Source: Gemmatales bacterium
GTDB lineage: Bacteria > Planctomycetota > Planctomycetia > Gemmatales > HRBIN36
Assembly (NCBI GenBank): GCA_041640595.1
Contig: JBEPZY010000004.1
Coordinates: 162,373-226,372, forward strand
Direction: 5' to 3'
Length of the DNA: 64,000 bases
Positions 11,633-24,911 of this stretch are shown one piece after another (position 1 is the first letter of the stretch; the number at the start of each line of letters is the position of its first letter). Position numbers and translations under genes: made by a program. Below the pieces are notes generated by a model. It was not told the DNA's origin. It saw only the letters and a program-made list of their open reading frames with translations, and did not search any database.

Positions 11633-14390
11633 CTGGTTGACGGTGGCCTGCACCGTCTGGCTGGTGATCGCGGTGGGGCTGAGCGGATGCACCAGGGAGT
11701 TTTTCCGCCGTCGCGCAGACCACGATGTCGCCGAAATCCTCGCTGAGAAAGAAGCAGTTTCCGAAGGCCGACTCCGTACTTATTTCGTCTATCCGCATCC
11801 GCTGTCTCGCTTTGCCGATCCGAGCGATCCCGATCATCCGCCCATGCCTCCTGACGATCCGGCCGCCTGGGCACTGGCACCACGACCGCAGCGGCCTCGC
11901 GTCGTCGCTTACCTGGAAGGGGACGGTTATCTGCAATTGCTGGCGCGATGGGACGAAGAGAACCGCCAGCGTCTCGGTCTGCCCGCCCGGCAACCGAGCC
12001 AGTTCGGCGACCGCTATCATCCCGTCTTACCCACACCGGATACACCGAACCAGCCACCAAAGCCAACCGATGATGCCTACGTGATCACACTCGAACAAGC
12101 GGTGGAGCTCGGTTTCATCAACAGCCGCGAATTCCAGAACCGGCGGGAGGATTTGTATCTGGCCGCGTTACCGGTAAGTTTGGAACGTTTTGCGTTTCTG
12201 CCGCAATTCGAGGCCACCATGTTAGCGATGCGGCAATGGATAGGCGAAGAAGTGCCCGGAGGCCCGGCGAATCGCTGGCGCGTCAATCCGACGACCGGCG
12301 TAAGGCAGTTATTTCCCACGGGCGCACTGCTGCTGGTGCGTCTGGCCAACCAGACCGTGATCAACCTGACGGGTACCGGCAAACATACGCTGAGCCAATC
12401 GCACCTCATCCTGGACATTTCGCAACCGTTGCTGGCCGGCGGCGGTCGAGCGGTGACACTCGAACCATTGACCCAGGCCGAACGCAACCTCCTGTATGAA
12501 CTGCGACGCTTCGCCCGATTTCACCGGGAATTTTTCGTCAGCATTGCCGCCGGGGGTGGACTGGCAGGCACGGCAGGGGCAGCCGCAGGCCTCGATGTCA
12601 CCGGACTGGCCACGGGCGTGACTGCCCAGCCCGTCGGCTATTTCCCGACACTTCTGCGTCAGCAGCAACTGTACAACAACGAAAAGATTGTCGTCGAACT
12701 GGAACGCGAGTTACGCCGATTCCAGAACCTCGCCGGAGGATACAGCGGCATCTCGGAGTTGCAGGTCAACCAGGTCGAGCAGGTGTATCGGGAGGCCCAG
12801 TCCACGGTGCTGCAAAGTCGGGTGAGTTATGCCAACGCCCTGGATCAGTTCAAATTGCAGCTGGGGTTACCGACGGAATTACCGCTGCGGCTCGACCCAG
12901 GGCCTCTGGAACCATTACGGCGGCAGCTGGAGCAACTCGATCAGGCGATCAACGGGTACACCGCCCTGGTCAACCGCATTCGGGAATTGGAGCCACGCCC
13001 CGAGGCCGCTCAGATTTTGCGGCGGGAAATTGAAGCCGCCCTGTTTCATTCCGACTACGTGCAGGGAACCCAGTTGCAGCGCAGCATCGAAGGCCGCTGG
13101 GCTTTCTGGCGAAGTTTGAGTACGGAAGCCGATCAGGGAGCGCTGGCCGTGAGCGAATTGGCCTCGGTCTTTGCCCAGGCTCCACTTCTGCCAGGCTTTT
13201 CCCCTGCGGCGTTCTGGATTGGCCGACGTCCCGCCATTGAACTGTTCCTCGAAGCTCTGCGGCGTGAGCGGGATCATCTCGAAGACTTGCAGGCCGATTA
13301 CAAACTCCACGACCAGGACTTGCCCGAACCTTTGAAAAACCGCCTGCAGGAGGTGTTGCGGCAGTTGCATGTCGGGCAGATGGAGCGGGCGTTGCGGCAA
13401 GTGGAACGGCGGCCCTGGCAGCTGGCGGTAGAAGTCGAGGCGTTGCTCGGTGCCTCCGTTGCCCCCAGTGTGCTGCAACGCGAACCGTTCCGGGGTCAGC
13501 GCGTACTCGAATTGCGGCAATTGCTTCGCAGTCGTGCTTTCCAGCCCGTCTTCGACAACTTCGCACTGGTGCTGCTGGAGGCCAGAGATGAGAAATTGAT
13601 GAGATTGGAAAAATCCTGGCCCACCCTTCCCCGTATCGTGATCGAGGGAATAGACTTAATTGAGGCACCCGAAGAGGTGGCGCTGCAGGTAGCCGGTGCC
13701 GTGGCGTTGCGGCAGCGGCTCGACCTGATGAATCAGCGGGCACAACTGGTAGATGCCTGGCGGCAGATAGCCGTCACCGCGAACGCCCTGCTGGGCGTGG
13801 TGGACTTGCGCTACCACGTAGATGTCGCCAGTCCTGCTTTGCTGGCGCGACCGCTGGATTTCGAAGGCACCCGCGCCCAGCATGAACTCAGCCTCAACAC
13901 CGAGCTCCCTCTGGTACGCCGACTCGAACGCAATCGCTACCGTGCCGCACTGATCGCGTTCCAGAGGCAACGCCGGGCTTTGATGGCCCAGGAAGATAAC
14001 GTCCTGTTGCAGATTCGCCAGACGGTGCGGCGGCTGCGACAATTGCATCAGGACTATGCCCTGCGGCAACGCACGGTGCTGCTGACCTACCTGCAGGTGA
14101 ATCAGTCCCGCGAAGTGCTGGTCGCCCCACCCGAACCTGGAGTGCAACGGGATGCAGCCACGGCAGCCGCAGCACTGACCCAGCAATTGCTCGGTGCCCT
14201 GCGCTCTCTCCCAACCGCGGAAAATGCTCTGTTTGACACCTGGACGACCTACCTGACCACCCGCATGGTGCTGTTCCGCGACCTGGAAATGATGAACCTC
14301 GACGAACGAGGAGTCTGGATCGATGAGCTCGACACCACCCACCCCAACGAAACCCGCCTCCCTCCACCTGCCATCCTCCCAGGACCGTAA
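11589..14390 (+). CDS. TolC-family outer-membrane efflux lipoprotein (planctomycete long form)
   Basis: Lipobox GLSGC; TLEQAVELG..NSREFQ; RLDLMNQRAQLVDAWR; first gene before HlyD/ABC genes; ATG 11589 after GGAAGGA. Confidence 0.8.
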   Translation: MRTTRSATVSPPWNRWLTVACTVWLVIAVGLSGCTREFFRRRADHDVAEILAEKEAVSEGRLRTYFVYPHPLSRFADPSDPDHPPMPPDDPAAWALAPRPQRPRVVAYLEGDGYLQLLARWDEENRQRLGLPARQPSQFGDRYHPVLPTPDTPNQPPKPTDDAYVITLEQAVELGFINSREFQNRREDLYLAALPVSLERFAFLPQFEATMLAMRQWIGEEVPGGPANRWRVNPTTGVRQLFPTGALLLVRLANQTVINLTGTGKHTLSQSHLILDISQPLLAGGGRAVTLEPLTQAERNLLYELRRFARFHREFFVSIAAGGGLAGTAGAAAGLDVTGLATGVTAQPVGYFPTLLRQQQLYNNEKIVVELERELRRFQNLAGGYSGISELQVNQVEQVYREAQSTVLQSRVSYANALDQFKLQLGLPTELPLRLDPGPLEPLRRQLEQLDQAINGYTALVNRIRELEPRPEAAQILRREIEAALFHSDYVQGTQLQRSIEGRWAFWRSLSTEADQGALAVSELASVFAQAPLLPGFSPAAFWIGRRPAIELFLEALRRERDHLEDLQADYKLHDQDLPEPLKNRLQEVLRQLHVGQMERALRQVERRPWQLAVEVEALLGASVAPSVLQREPFRGQRVLELRQLLRSRAFQPVFDNFALVLLEARDEKLMRLEKSWPTLPRIVIEGIDLIEAPEEVALQVAGAVALRQRLDLMNQRAQLVDAWRQIAVTANALLGVVDLRYHVDVASPALLARPLDFEGTRAQHELSLNTELPLVRRLERNRYRAALIAFQRQRRALMAQEDNVLLQIRQTVRRLRQLHQDYALRQRTVLLTYLQVNQSREVLVAPPEPGVQRDAATAAAALTQQLLGALRSLPTAENALFDTWTTYLTTRMVLFRDLEMMNLDERGVWIDELDTTHPNETRLPPPAILPGP

Positions 14391-16521
14391 TCGGGAACCA
14401 ACGCACGAGGATCAGACCGGGACTTCGGCTGTCGAACCGGCGTTTTCGCTCCATCAAACCGCCAACGGCCCGGCAGGAACGGGCGATGGGAAAGGGCCCG
14501 TTCTGACCCGTCACCACATCCCATCCGGCACAGCCGCAGCCCAGTTGATCACGCGCACCGGTCTGGACACCGACCTCGGCTTGCCGCCGGTGCGTCGGCA
14601 ATGGTTCAGGCTGAGTCGGTTGCTTGGCGGCCTGGTGATCCTGGGATTGCTTGCGGGTGTCGGCGTGCTGGTGGCTTCCTGGTTGGGCGTCTTCGACAAC
14701 CCCTACAAAGACCTGGAATTTCACCGCGTGGATCGCGGCGATATCATTTTGACTGCGGTGCAATGGGGCGAACTGGAATCCGCCCGCAACACCGAGATCG
14801 TTTGCAAGGTGCGCAGCAGCGGTCGGGGCAACAATATCGCCACCACCATCAAATGGGTCATCCCCGACGGTTCGCACGTGCGCAAAGGCGACCTCATTTG
14901 CCTGCTCGACGATTCCGCCCTCAAAGAACAGTACACGGCCCAGGAAATTGTCGTCGCCGAAAAGCACGCTTTACTGGTGCAGGCCGAAAAAGACCGCGAA
15001 ATTGTCCTGAGCCAGAACAAGAGCGATCTGGAAAACGCTGAGAACAACGTCCGCCTGGCCGAGATTGACCTGAAAAAGTTTCTCGAAGGCGATATTGAGC
15101 AGAAACGCAAGGACGTGCTGGGACGTATTTCGCTGGCCGAATCCGATCTGGCGCAGTGGCGGGATCGTTTCAGCTGGACTATGCGGATGGTCAAACTCGG
15201 TTACATGAGCGTCAGCCAGGCCCAGTCCGATGAGTCGCGGTTGCGGAGTGCCCAGATCGCCCTGGAAAAGTTGCTGGAAGAAAAGCGCGTCCTGGAGGAA
15301 TACGAGTTCCAGCGCGGCTTGATTGATTACCAGAACAAACTGGCCCAGGCGAGAGCGGCCCTGGCGGTTGTGCGCACCCAGGCCGAAGCCAAAGCCGCTC
15401 AGGCTGAGGCGACTTACAAATCGCGGCTCTCCATTTACGAACAGGAGCTGCGCAAGCTCGAAGAACTGGCCGAGGATATTCGCAATTGCACCATCTACGC
15501 CCCCAATGACGGACTGGTCATTTACTATGTGCCGGAAACCAGCCGCTGGGGTATCGGCAGCCAGCAGGTGCTCATTCAGGAAAACGAACCGGTGCGGGAA
15601 GGGCAGCGTTTGATGCGTATTCCCGATCTGCGACGGATGCAGGTGCGTGTCAAAATCCACGAATCGCTGGTCAGTCGCATCCGCGGGGATGTCATCCGGC
15701 GGACAGGTTTCAGCGATACGCTGTTCGCCGCGCTGGCAGTTACCCCCAGCCACTGGACGAAGGTCACCACGCTCATGCTCGGCCCGAAAATGAAAGAGGA
15801 ATACAGCGAGCTTGAGGAGGAAGTAGTGCGGCCCGGGCTGCGGGCGCAGATTCGCATTCCCGATTATCCCCGCCCGATTCAGGGGCACGTCAAATCCATT
15901 GCCGCCGTCGCCTCCTCCACCGATTTCCTTTCCAGTGATGTCAAGGTGTATCAAACCATCGTCGCCGTGGACGAGGAGGTGCCCAATCTGCGTCCCGGCA
16001 TGAGTGCCGAGGTGACCATCTACCTGGAAGGTGAACGCGAGAATGTGCTTCGCCTTCCCATCCATGCCGTGCTGGAAGTCAACGGCAAGAAATTCTGCTA
16101 CGTGAAAAACGAGGTGACTGGCGAGATCGAAAAACGCTCCATCCGCACTGGCGTCAGTAATAATCGCTGGGTGGAAATCCTGCCGGAATCCGAATTGCGC
16201 GAAGGCGAACTGGTCGTGCTCAATCCGCGAACGCTGGCGGAACGGCGAGGCGATCTGGTTGAAATGGAGGAACGCCGAGCGCCGCGCAGTTCCTCTCCCG
16301 GCAAGCCGAACAAGTCGTCCGCCGGTCGGGCCGACGCATTGCCTGCTGCCGGCAACGGCGATGCCACTGCCCAAAAGCCGTTCTCCTCAACAGGTGGGGA
16401 AAATCCCGAAGCCAAGCCGAAGCCTGGTTTCGGAGGCAAACCGCGAAAGCCCGGCTTCGGGACTCGTCCTGGAGGCTTGCCGCCCGGCTTCAAACCCGAT
16501 GCAGGTGCTGTGTCTCCCTGA
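14323..16521 (+). CDS. HlyD/MacA-like efflux periplasmic adaptor subunit
   Basis: Single TM, GELES, GSHVRKGDLICLLD, long coiled coil, IYAPNDG, LRPGMSAEV; exact start uncertain. Confidence 0.85.
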   Translation: MSSTPPTPTKPASLHLPSSQDRNREPTHEDQTGTSAVEPAFSLHQTANGPAGTGDGKGPVLTRHHIPSGTAAAQLITRTGLDTDLGLPPVRRQWFRLSRLLGGLVILGLLAGVGVLVASWLGVFDNPYKDLEFHRVDRGDIILTAVQWGELESARNTEIVCKVRSSGRGNNIATTIKWVIPDGSHVRKGDLICLLDDSALKEQYTAQEIVVAEKHALLVQAEKDREIVLSQNKSDLENAENNVRLAEIDLKKFLEGDIEQKRKDVLGRISLAESDLAQWRDRFSWTMRMVKLGYMSVSQAQSDESRLRSAQIALEKLLEEKRVLEEYEFQRGLIDYQNKLAQARAALAVVRTQAEAKAAQAEATYKSRLSIYEQELRKLEELAEDIRNCTIYAPNDGLVIYYVPETSRWGIGSQQVLIQENEPVREGQRLMRIPDLRRMQVRVKIHESLVSRIRGDVIRRTGFSDTLFAALAVTPSHWTKVTTLMLGPKMKEEYSELEEEVVRPGLRAQIRIPDYPRPIQGHVKSIAAVASSTDFLSSDVKVYQTIVAVDEEVPNLRPGMSAEVTIYLEGERENVLRLPIHAVLEVNGKKFCYVKNEVTGEIEKRSIRTGVSNNRWVEILPESELREGELVVLNPRTLAERRGDLVEMEERRAPRSSSPGKPNKSSAGRADALPAAGNGDATAQKPFSSTGGENPEAKPKPGFGGKPRKPGFGTRPGGLPPGFKPDAGAVSP

Positions 16522-16536
16522 TGCCGGAGGTTTACC

Positions 16537-17232
16537 GTGGCCGTCGTAGCCCAGGTGATGGACCTGGTCAAGTATTACCAGATGGAAGAAGTGGTCGTGC
16601 CTGCTTTGCGCGGGGTGAGTTTGTCGTTTGAGCGGGGCGATTTCATTGCCCTCATGGGGCCGTCGGGTTCCGGCAAGTCCACACTGCTCAATATTCTCGG
16701 TTGCCTCGACCGACCCACTTCCGGCCGATATATCCTCGCCGGTCGTGATGTGTCGCAACTTTCCGACGACGAGCTTTCAGAAATTCGCGGTCGGTATCTC
16801 GGCTTCATTTTCCAGTCGTACAACCTCATCCCGCAATATACCGTGGTGGAGAACATCGAGGTCCCGCTGCTGTATCAGGGACGGCTGGACGCTCAGACGC
16901 GGCGACGGTGCATCGAACTGGCTCACATGGTCGGACTGGGCGACCGGCTCGATCACCGCCCGACTCAGCTTTCCGGTGGTCAGCAACAGCGCGTCGCCAT
17001 TGCTCGGGCCCTGGTCAACGACCCGGAAATCATTCTCGCCGACGAACCTACCGGCAACCTCGACAGCAAGACCAGTGAAGAAATCATGCAACTGCTCTGC
17101 GCTCTGAATGAAGCCGGGCGAACCATTATCATGGTCACTCACGAAAACGACATTGCTGCCTGGGCCCGGCGTGTCGTCCGTCTGCGCGACGGTCGCGTGG
17201 AATCCGACCAGCGCATAGACCTGGCCGCCTGA
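16537..17232 (+). CDS. ABC transporter ATP-binding protein (MacB/LolD-like)
   Basis: [34 protein letters not shown]. Confidence 0.95.
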   Translation: MAVVAQVMDLVKYYQMEEVVVPALRGVSLSFERGDFIALMGPSGSGKSTLLNILGCLDRPTSGRYILAGRDVSQLSDDELSEIRGRYLGFIFQSYNLIPQYTVVENIEVPLLYQGRLDAQTRRRCIELAHMVGLGDRLDHRPTQLSGGQQQRVAIARALVNDPEIILADEPTGNLDSKTSEEIMQLLCALNEAGRTIIMVTHENDIAAWARRVVRLRDGRVESDQRIDLAA

Positions 17233-17299
17233 GAAGCATTTTCGCCCGGTATCATTCTCGAACAATGCCCGGGGGTTGACGCTCTCAAAGAACGATACA

Positions 17300-17370
17300 C
17301 ACGGGGGGCTGACGTCTCCCGCTCTTGAAAAAACGATACATGGAAGCCTGATCCTCCCGCTCCTGGTGCG
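17300..17370. repeat. Two degenerate REP copies inside the operon
   Basis: cacggggggctgacgtctcccgctcttg and catggaagcctgatcctcccgctcctgg. Confidence 0.6.
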
Positions 17371-17393
17371 GCTCGATACGATTGGATGGTGGA

Positions 17394-18800
17394 ATGAGCC
17401 TGGATCGGCAATCGCTGCTGGACATCCTGACCTACGTTTTTTACGCCGGACTGGTGGCCGCCACGGTTCTGGTGGTGCTGGCTCCTTTTTTGCTGGGCGT
17501 GAAAGGCCGACGTTGCGTCAGTGCCGCCGTCCGCAGTCTCTGGCTGCACAAGATGCGGTCGTTTCTCTCGGTGCTGGGTATTATCATTGGCACGCTTTCG
17601 GTGATCGTTCTGATGGCCTTCGGCGAAGGGAGCATGCACGAGGCCCTGGAAGAGATCAAACGTCAGGGCGCCACCAACATTGTCATTACCAGTGTCAAAC
17701 CGCCGGAAGATTCCAGTGCGACGCGGCGATCCTTCGTGGCCCGCTACGGTTTGACCTACGACGATCTTCGCTATTATCAGGATGCCCTGGGCGAGCAAGT
17801 GGTTTCGATTCTGCCGTTGCGGATTATGTCGGCAGAGGTGCGACCGGTGCTGGCCGGCAATCGCATGATGACCTGCCGCGTGGTTGGTACCCGGCCGTAT
17901 TATGCCGTGGCATTTCAACTGGAAAACGCCCTGGCCGAGGGACGATTTTTGACCGAAGCCGATGAGACTCCCGTTCCCGCCAACGTCGCCGTGATTGGTT
18001 CCGATGTTGCCGCCACGTTGTTCCCTGGCGAATCGCCGCTGGGGAAAAGCATCAAGTTCAGTGGCAAAGATCGGGCCTTCGTGGTGGTCGGGGTTTTGAA
18101 ATCGCGCAGCCCCAGCACCAGCGGGGCCATTATCGAACAATTCAACTCCGACGTGTACATTCCCCTGGAAGCCTCGCGGGCCTTGCTCGGCGAAACCCAG
18201 TACGTGCGTACCACTGGTTCGCGCAGCGCGGAGCAGGTGCAGTTGCACCAGATCATTGTCACGGTGCGGGAGATGTCCCAGGTGCGTCCCACTGCCGACA
18301 TGATCCGCGAACAGCTCAGCCGCTACCATCTCAAATCCGATTGGGACATCAAGATTCCGCTCGACCGACTCGAACAGGCCGAACGGACCCGCACCCGCGC
18401 CCGTATTCTGCTGGCGGCCATTGCCGGGATTTCTCTGCTGGTCGGCGGCATCGGCATTATGAACATCATGCTGGCCAGCGTCACCGAACGCACCCGCGAA
18501 ATCGGTATCCGCCGGGCCCTGGGTGCCAAACGCGGCGATATTACCCTGCAATTCCTGACCGAGGCGATTGTGCAAACCACCGTCGGAGGCATCGTCGGAG
18601 TCGTTCTCGGTTTGCTGATCGTGCTGGTGGCTCCTCTGGTGGCCGAACGCTTCTTTGCCACCCATTTGCCTGCGAAAATCCACGTTCCCTCTATCTTCGT
18701 CGCCTTCTTCTTCGCCGTAGCAGTCGGTGTGGTGTTCGGATGGTACCCGGCCCGCCGTGCCGCTCACCTCGATCCCATCGAAGCCCTTCGCCACGAATGA
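17394..18800 (+). CDS. ABC transporter permease (MacB/FtsX-like)
   Basis: RSFLSVLGIIIG, GGIGIMNIMLASVTERTREIGIRRALGA, PARRAAHLDPIEALR. Confidence 0.95.
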   Translation: MSLDRQSLLDILTYVFYAGLVAATVLVVLAPFLLGVKGRRCVSAAVRSLWLHKMRSFLSVLGIIIGTLSVIVLMAFGEGSMHEALEEIKRQGATNIVITSVKPPEDSSATRRSFVARYGLTYDDLRYYQDALGEQVVSILPLRIMSAEVRPVLAGNRMMTCRVVGTRPYYAVAFQLENALAEGRFLTEADETPVPANVAVIGSDVAATLFPGESPLGKSIKFSGKDRAFVVVGVLKSRSPSTSGAIIEQFNSDVYIPLEASRALLGETQYVRTTGSRSAEQVQLHQIIVTVREMSQVRPTADMIREQLSRYHLKSDWDIKIPLDRLEQAERTRTRARILLAAIAGISLLVGGIGIMNIMLASVTERTREIGIRRALGAKRGDITLQFLTEAIVQTTVGGIVGVVLGLLIVLVAPLVAERFFATHLPAKIHVPSIFVAFFFAVAVGVVFGWYPARRAAHLDPIEALRHE

Positions 18801-18834
18801 TTCCGCAATGCCACGAACGGCGGCATCAGTTAGC

Positions 18835-19004
18835 CATGAAACGCGACCGTTTTCATTCGGGAAAAACTCATTTTCTCCACAACGTGCAGGTGAGGTCCTA
18901 TAGCATGAAACGTGACCGTTTTCGTTCGGGAAAACCCCGTGTGGTGGCGGCAGACACGCTTCCGAGCCACACATGAAATCCGACCGTTTTCGCTCGGGAA
19001 AAAC
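18835..19004. repeat. Mini-array: 3 x 33-bp repeats, 35-36-bp unique spacers, period 68-69
   Basis: catgaaacgcgaccgttttcattcgggaaaaac (18835), catgaaacgtgaccgttttcgttcgggaaaacc (18904), catgaaatccgaccgttttcgctcgggaaaaac (18972). Confidence 0.8.
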
Positions 19005-19029
19005 CCTCGCCGTTGCAACTGCCTCACTA

Positions 19030-20297
19030 CGGCACGGCGCACAGTCGCCCCCCGCTCTTGATTGTGTATTCGGTCGCTGCTGAACAATGTATGATGCTCG
19101 CGGGACAGCGTTCGCGTCACCGCACCACGGCGGGCTAACGCCCGCCGCTCTTGTGCACGTGCGTTTGTGCACCGCAAAAGTCGCTGTTCCGCCGGCAAAC
19201 GTCCGTACACCGACACAGGAGCGGGGAGCGTAAGCCCCCCGTGGGAAACGAGTCGTTCTTACACGTCCGTTTGCGATACAGTTGCGGGCAACGTTCGATC
19301 GATTGCACCACGGTGGACGGTCGCCCGCCGCTTTTGCGCATGACGCGAGTTACTCGGCTGCAATCGCGTTGTGTCCGTCATCGTGATGCTCGAACCACGG
19401 CGGGCTAACGCGGGCCGCTCTTGATTGTGTATTCGGTCGCTGCTGAACAATGTATGATGCTCGCGGGACACCGTTCGCGTCACCGCACGACGGCGGGCTA
19501 ACGCCCGCCGCTCTTGCTGACGTGCGTTAGTGTATCGCAAAAGTCGCTGTTCCGCCGGCAAACGTCCGTACACCAACACAGGAGCGGGGGGCGTAAGCCC
19601 CCCGTGGGTTCGCTACCGCGACTGCACCGGCGTTCGTGAGCACAGCAATGGCAGTCTCCCGCGACTTTGCGGCAGTGTTCCTGGAAGTGCATTTCCGTAA
19701 CAGCCACGGTGGACGGTCGCAGCGCCGCTCCTGGTCGTGTGTTCGCTCCTCGCTGAACAACATTCGCCTCTCACGGCACAGCGATCGTATGACCGCACCA
19801 CGGCGGGCTGACGCCCGCCGCTCTTGATTGTGTATTCGGTCGCTGCTGAACAATGTATGATGCTCGCGGGACAGCGTTCGCGTCACCGCACCACGGCGGG
19901 CTCACGCCCGCCGCTCTTGTGCACGTGCGTTTGTGCACAGCAAATCGCGCATTTCGCACCGAACGCGCGTCGCGCAGCAAGAGCGGCTGGCGTGAGCCAG
20001 CCGTGGTATGGGAAGCGAATGTGCGGGGCGAAACGTAATCAGTCCACAAAAGCAGGTGCCGTCGCAAGCGCGAATTCGAGCCACGGCGGGCTGACGCCCG
20101 CCGCTCTTGCTGACGTGCGTTGGTGCATCGCAAATCGCGCATTTCGCACCGAACGCGCGTCGCGAACCAAGAGCGGCTGGCGTGAGCCAGCCGTGGTATG
20201 GGAAGCGAATGTGCGGGGCGAAACGTAATCAGTCCACAAAAGCAGGTGCCGTCGCAAGCGCGAATTCGAACCACGGCGGACGGACGCCCGCCGCTGT
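19030..20297. repeat. REP/REPIN-like hairpin cluster (about 14 copies)
   Basis: ccacggcgggctaacgcccgccgctcttg and forward variants; linker blocks reiterated. Confidence 0.9.
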
Positions 20298-20425
20298 TGC
20301 GAGATATGCGCTTCCGATGGGTCAGGTAGAAACAGCCCAGCGAAGGGGCGAGTTCTCACGCCGTCGGCGGGTCTCATTCTCACGCCGTGGGTGACGCAAA
20401 CCAGCGTTGGGCCGGTCGGTGCGAG

Positions 20426-21262
20426 CTAGTTGGCCTGGAGTGCTTCGGCGAGTTTGTTGAGAGCTTCGGTTTCGATCTGCCGCACCCGCTCGCGCGTCAG
20501 ACCGAGACGTTCGCCAATTTCCTTGAGTGTTTTCGGTTCTTCGTTGTCCAGGCCGAACCGCATCCGCAGAATCGTGGCCTCGCGTTCGTCCATTTTCTGG
20601 AGCAACTGCATGACCTGCGTCAGGTCGTCGTGCTCGACCAGTTCCACATCGGGGGTTTTGGTGCGTTCGTCGGTCACCATTTCGCCGAGAGTCCAGTTGG
20701 TTTCCAACTGTTCGGTTTGCGGCAGGGAGTTGTAAATCCGGATGGCTTTCTTGATGATGTTGAGCTTTTTCTTGGGCAAATTGAGGGCGCGGGCGATCTC
20801 TTCCTGAGTGGGAGTGCGGCCGAGCTCATCCTGCAACTGATGCGCCATCCGTCGCCATTTGTTGAGCAATTCCACCATGTAAGCGGGAATGCGGATGGTC
20901 TTGCCGCAATTTACCAGGGCCCGCTTGATGGATTGCTTGATCCAGTAACTGGCATAGGTGCTGAAACGGGTGTTCATGTTGGGATCAAAACCTTCCACGG
21001 CCCGCAAGAGTCCGAGGTTGCCCTCTTCGATCAGGTCCTGCAATGACAGACCCTTGCCGGTGTAGTTGCGAGCGATGTTGACGACCAGTCGCAGATTGGC
21101 CCGGATCATGCGGTCGCGGGCTTCGCTATCGCCCTGAGCGATGCGGCGGGCCAGTTCCTTTTCCTCTTCCGGCGTCAACAGGGGCGTTTCGTTGATCTCA
21201 CGGAGATAGGTCTCCAGCGGGGACTGGACGGGATCATCCTTTGAGCGTTTTGTGCGGGCCAT
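20426..21262 (-). CDS. RNA polymerase sigma-70 factor, RpoD/RpoS-like short form (no region 1.1)
   Basis: YLREI, ANLRLVV, DLIEEGNLGL, FSTYASYWIKQ, TLKEIG..LTRERVRQIE. Confidence 0.92.
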   Translation of the reverse strand: MARTKRSKDDPVQSPLETYLREINETPLLTPEEEKELARRIAQGDSEARDRMIRANLRLVVNIARNYTGKGLSLQDLIEEGNLGLLRAVEGFDPNMNTRFSTYASYWIKQSIKRALVNCGKTIRIPAYMVELLNKWRRMAHQLQDELGRTPTQEEIARALNLPKKKLNIIKKAIRIYNSLPQTEQLETNWTLGEMVTDERTKTPDVELVEHDDLTQVMQLLQKMDEREATILRMRFGLDNEEPKTLKEIGERLGLTRERVRQIETEALNKLAEALQAN

Positions 21263-21921
21263 GGTGTCAGACTCCTGGAGTGGTGCAGTATCTATCTGGG
21301 CTTATCGAGGCCGCGGAGCCATTTTGTTCTGGGGAGCACTGCCAGATCACGCCGACGAGCTTTTCCTGGCCGGCAGGTTTACTGCGAAAGGCAAATTCGC
21401 GCATTTCGGCAAATTCGGCACGCGAGCAATCCACTCGCAAAAGATGGACGTCGCCTTCCAGCGAGGAAATTGCCGTCGCGGTGCCCTGGAAAACATCGGA
21501 TACGTTTTGCCGGTAACGCAGTTCCGCCCGGCCCGTGGACGCAAAAATCGCTCGACCGCCAGCCTTCTAAACCGTGCGTCCGATGAAACACATTGCACCG
21601 GCATAACAGCTAAGCTCGGCCGGTTGCTTTCCCGTCGCAAATTCCGAGCGATTCGCCCAGGGGGGAATTGCGACCAGCGTCGGCTACTAGCCATCGGCAA
21701 TTCGGGATCGCGGAATGAAAGTTGGGGATTGGGAATTGAGGACTGGGCGTCCGCAAAGTGGGAATCGGCAATCAGCAACCGACATTTACGCGTGGGGCCG
21801 CAGGAAATCGGAAAGCCGGCAACGGGGAATCGCCAAAGCTAATGAGCAACTTCATAAGCGACTTTGCAATCGAAATGGCGCCTAAAGCAACGCGACTGCT
21901 ACCGGGGAACGCACGCTGTTC

Positions 21922-22998
21922 ACAAGAGCGGCGGGCGTTAGCCCGCCGTGGTGCGAATTCGCGCTTGCAACGGCTACCGCTTTTGTGGACTAATTACGTT
22001 TCGCCCCGCACATTCGCTTCCCATACCACGGCTGGCTCACGCCAGCCGCTCTTGTTGCAGGGTGCGAGTCGGCTGAGAAATAACGACATTCGCGGTGCAC
22101 AAACGCAGGTTCACAAGAGCGGCAGGCGTCAGCCCGCCGTGGTGCGAATTCGCGCTTGCAACGGCTACCGCTTATTTCAGAATGAGTGCGTTTGCTCGGT
22201 ACGATCGGTTCGCACACCACGGGGGGGCTTACGCCCCCCGCTCCTGACTGCACAAATGTTCGCCGTTGCAGGTAGATGTTTGCGACTTGAAGAAACGTTC
22301 CGTAATTACGCACCGGGGGCTTACGCCCCCCGCTCCTGTGTTGGCGTACGAACGTCTGCCGGCGAAATAACGATTTTTGCGATGCGCGAACGCACGTCAG
22401 CAAGAGCGGCGGGCGTCAGCCCGCCGTGGTGCGAATTCGCGCTTGCAACGGCTACCGCTTATTTCAGACTGAGTGCGTTTGCTCGGTACGATCGGTTCCC
22501 GCACCACGGGGGGTTTACGCCCCCCGCTCATGACTGCACAAAGGTTCGCCATTGCGGATACATGTTTGCGACGTTGAAAAACGTTCCGTAATTACGCACG
22601 GGGGGCTTACGCCCCCCGCTCCTGTATTGGCGTACGAACGTCTGCCGGCGAAATAACGATTTTTGCGATGCACGAACGCACGTCAGCAGGAGCGGCGGGC
22701 GTTAGCCCGCCGTGGTGCGAATTCGCGCTTGTAACGGCTACCGCTTTTGTGGACTAATTACGTTTCGCCCCGCACATTCGCTTCCCATACCACGGCTGGC
22801 TCACGCCAGCCGCTCTTGTTGCAGGGTGCCGGTCGGCTGAGAAATAACGACATTCGCGGTGCACAAACGCAGGTTCACAAGAGCGGCGGGCGTCAGCCCG
22901 CCATGGTGCGGTCATACGATCGCTGTGCCGTGAGAGGCGAATGTTGTTCAGCGAGGAGCGAACACACGACCAAGGGCGTCGAATGTCAGCCCGCCGGG
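21922..22998. repeat. REP/REPIN-like hairpin cluster (about 12 copies)
   Basis: Same core; some linkers are inverted copies of those in the 19030-20297 cluster. Confidence 0.9.
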
Positions 22999-23081
22999 TT
23001 TATTTGTGCGAGTAACGCACGGTGGGCTGCGATGATCCTGCGACGGTCAGCCGCAAAAGATTTGCCGCGTCCGCGGTTGGG

Positions 23082-24911
<1,830 letters not shown>

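Noticed and set aside
21690..21840. GGGAATT/GGCAATC heptamer-like run
   Set aside because: Short, degenerate low-complexity repeat with no further structure I can support.
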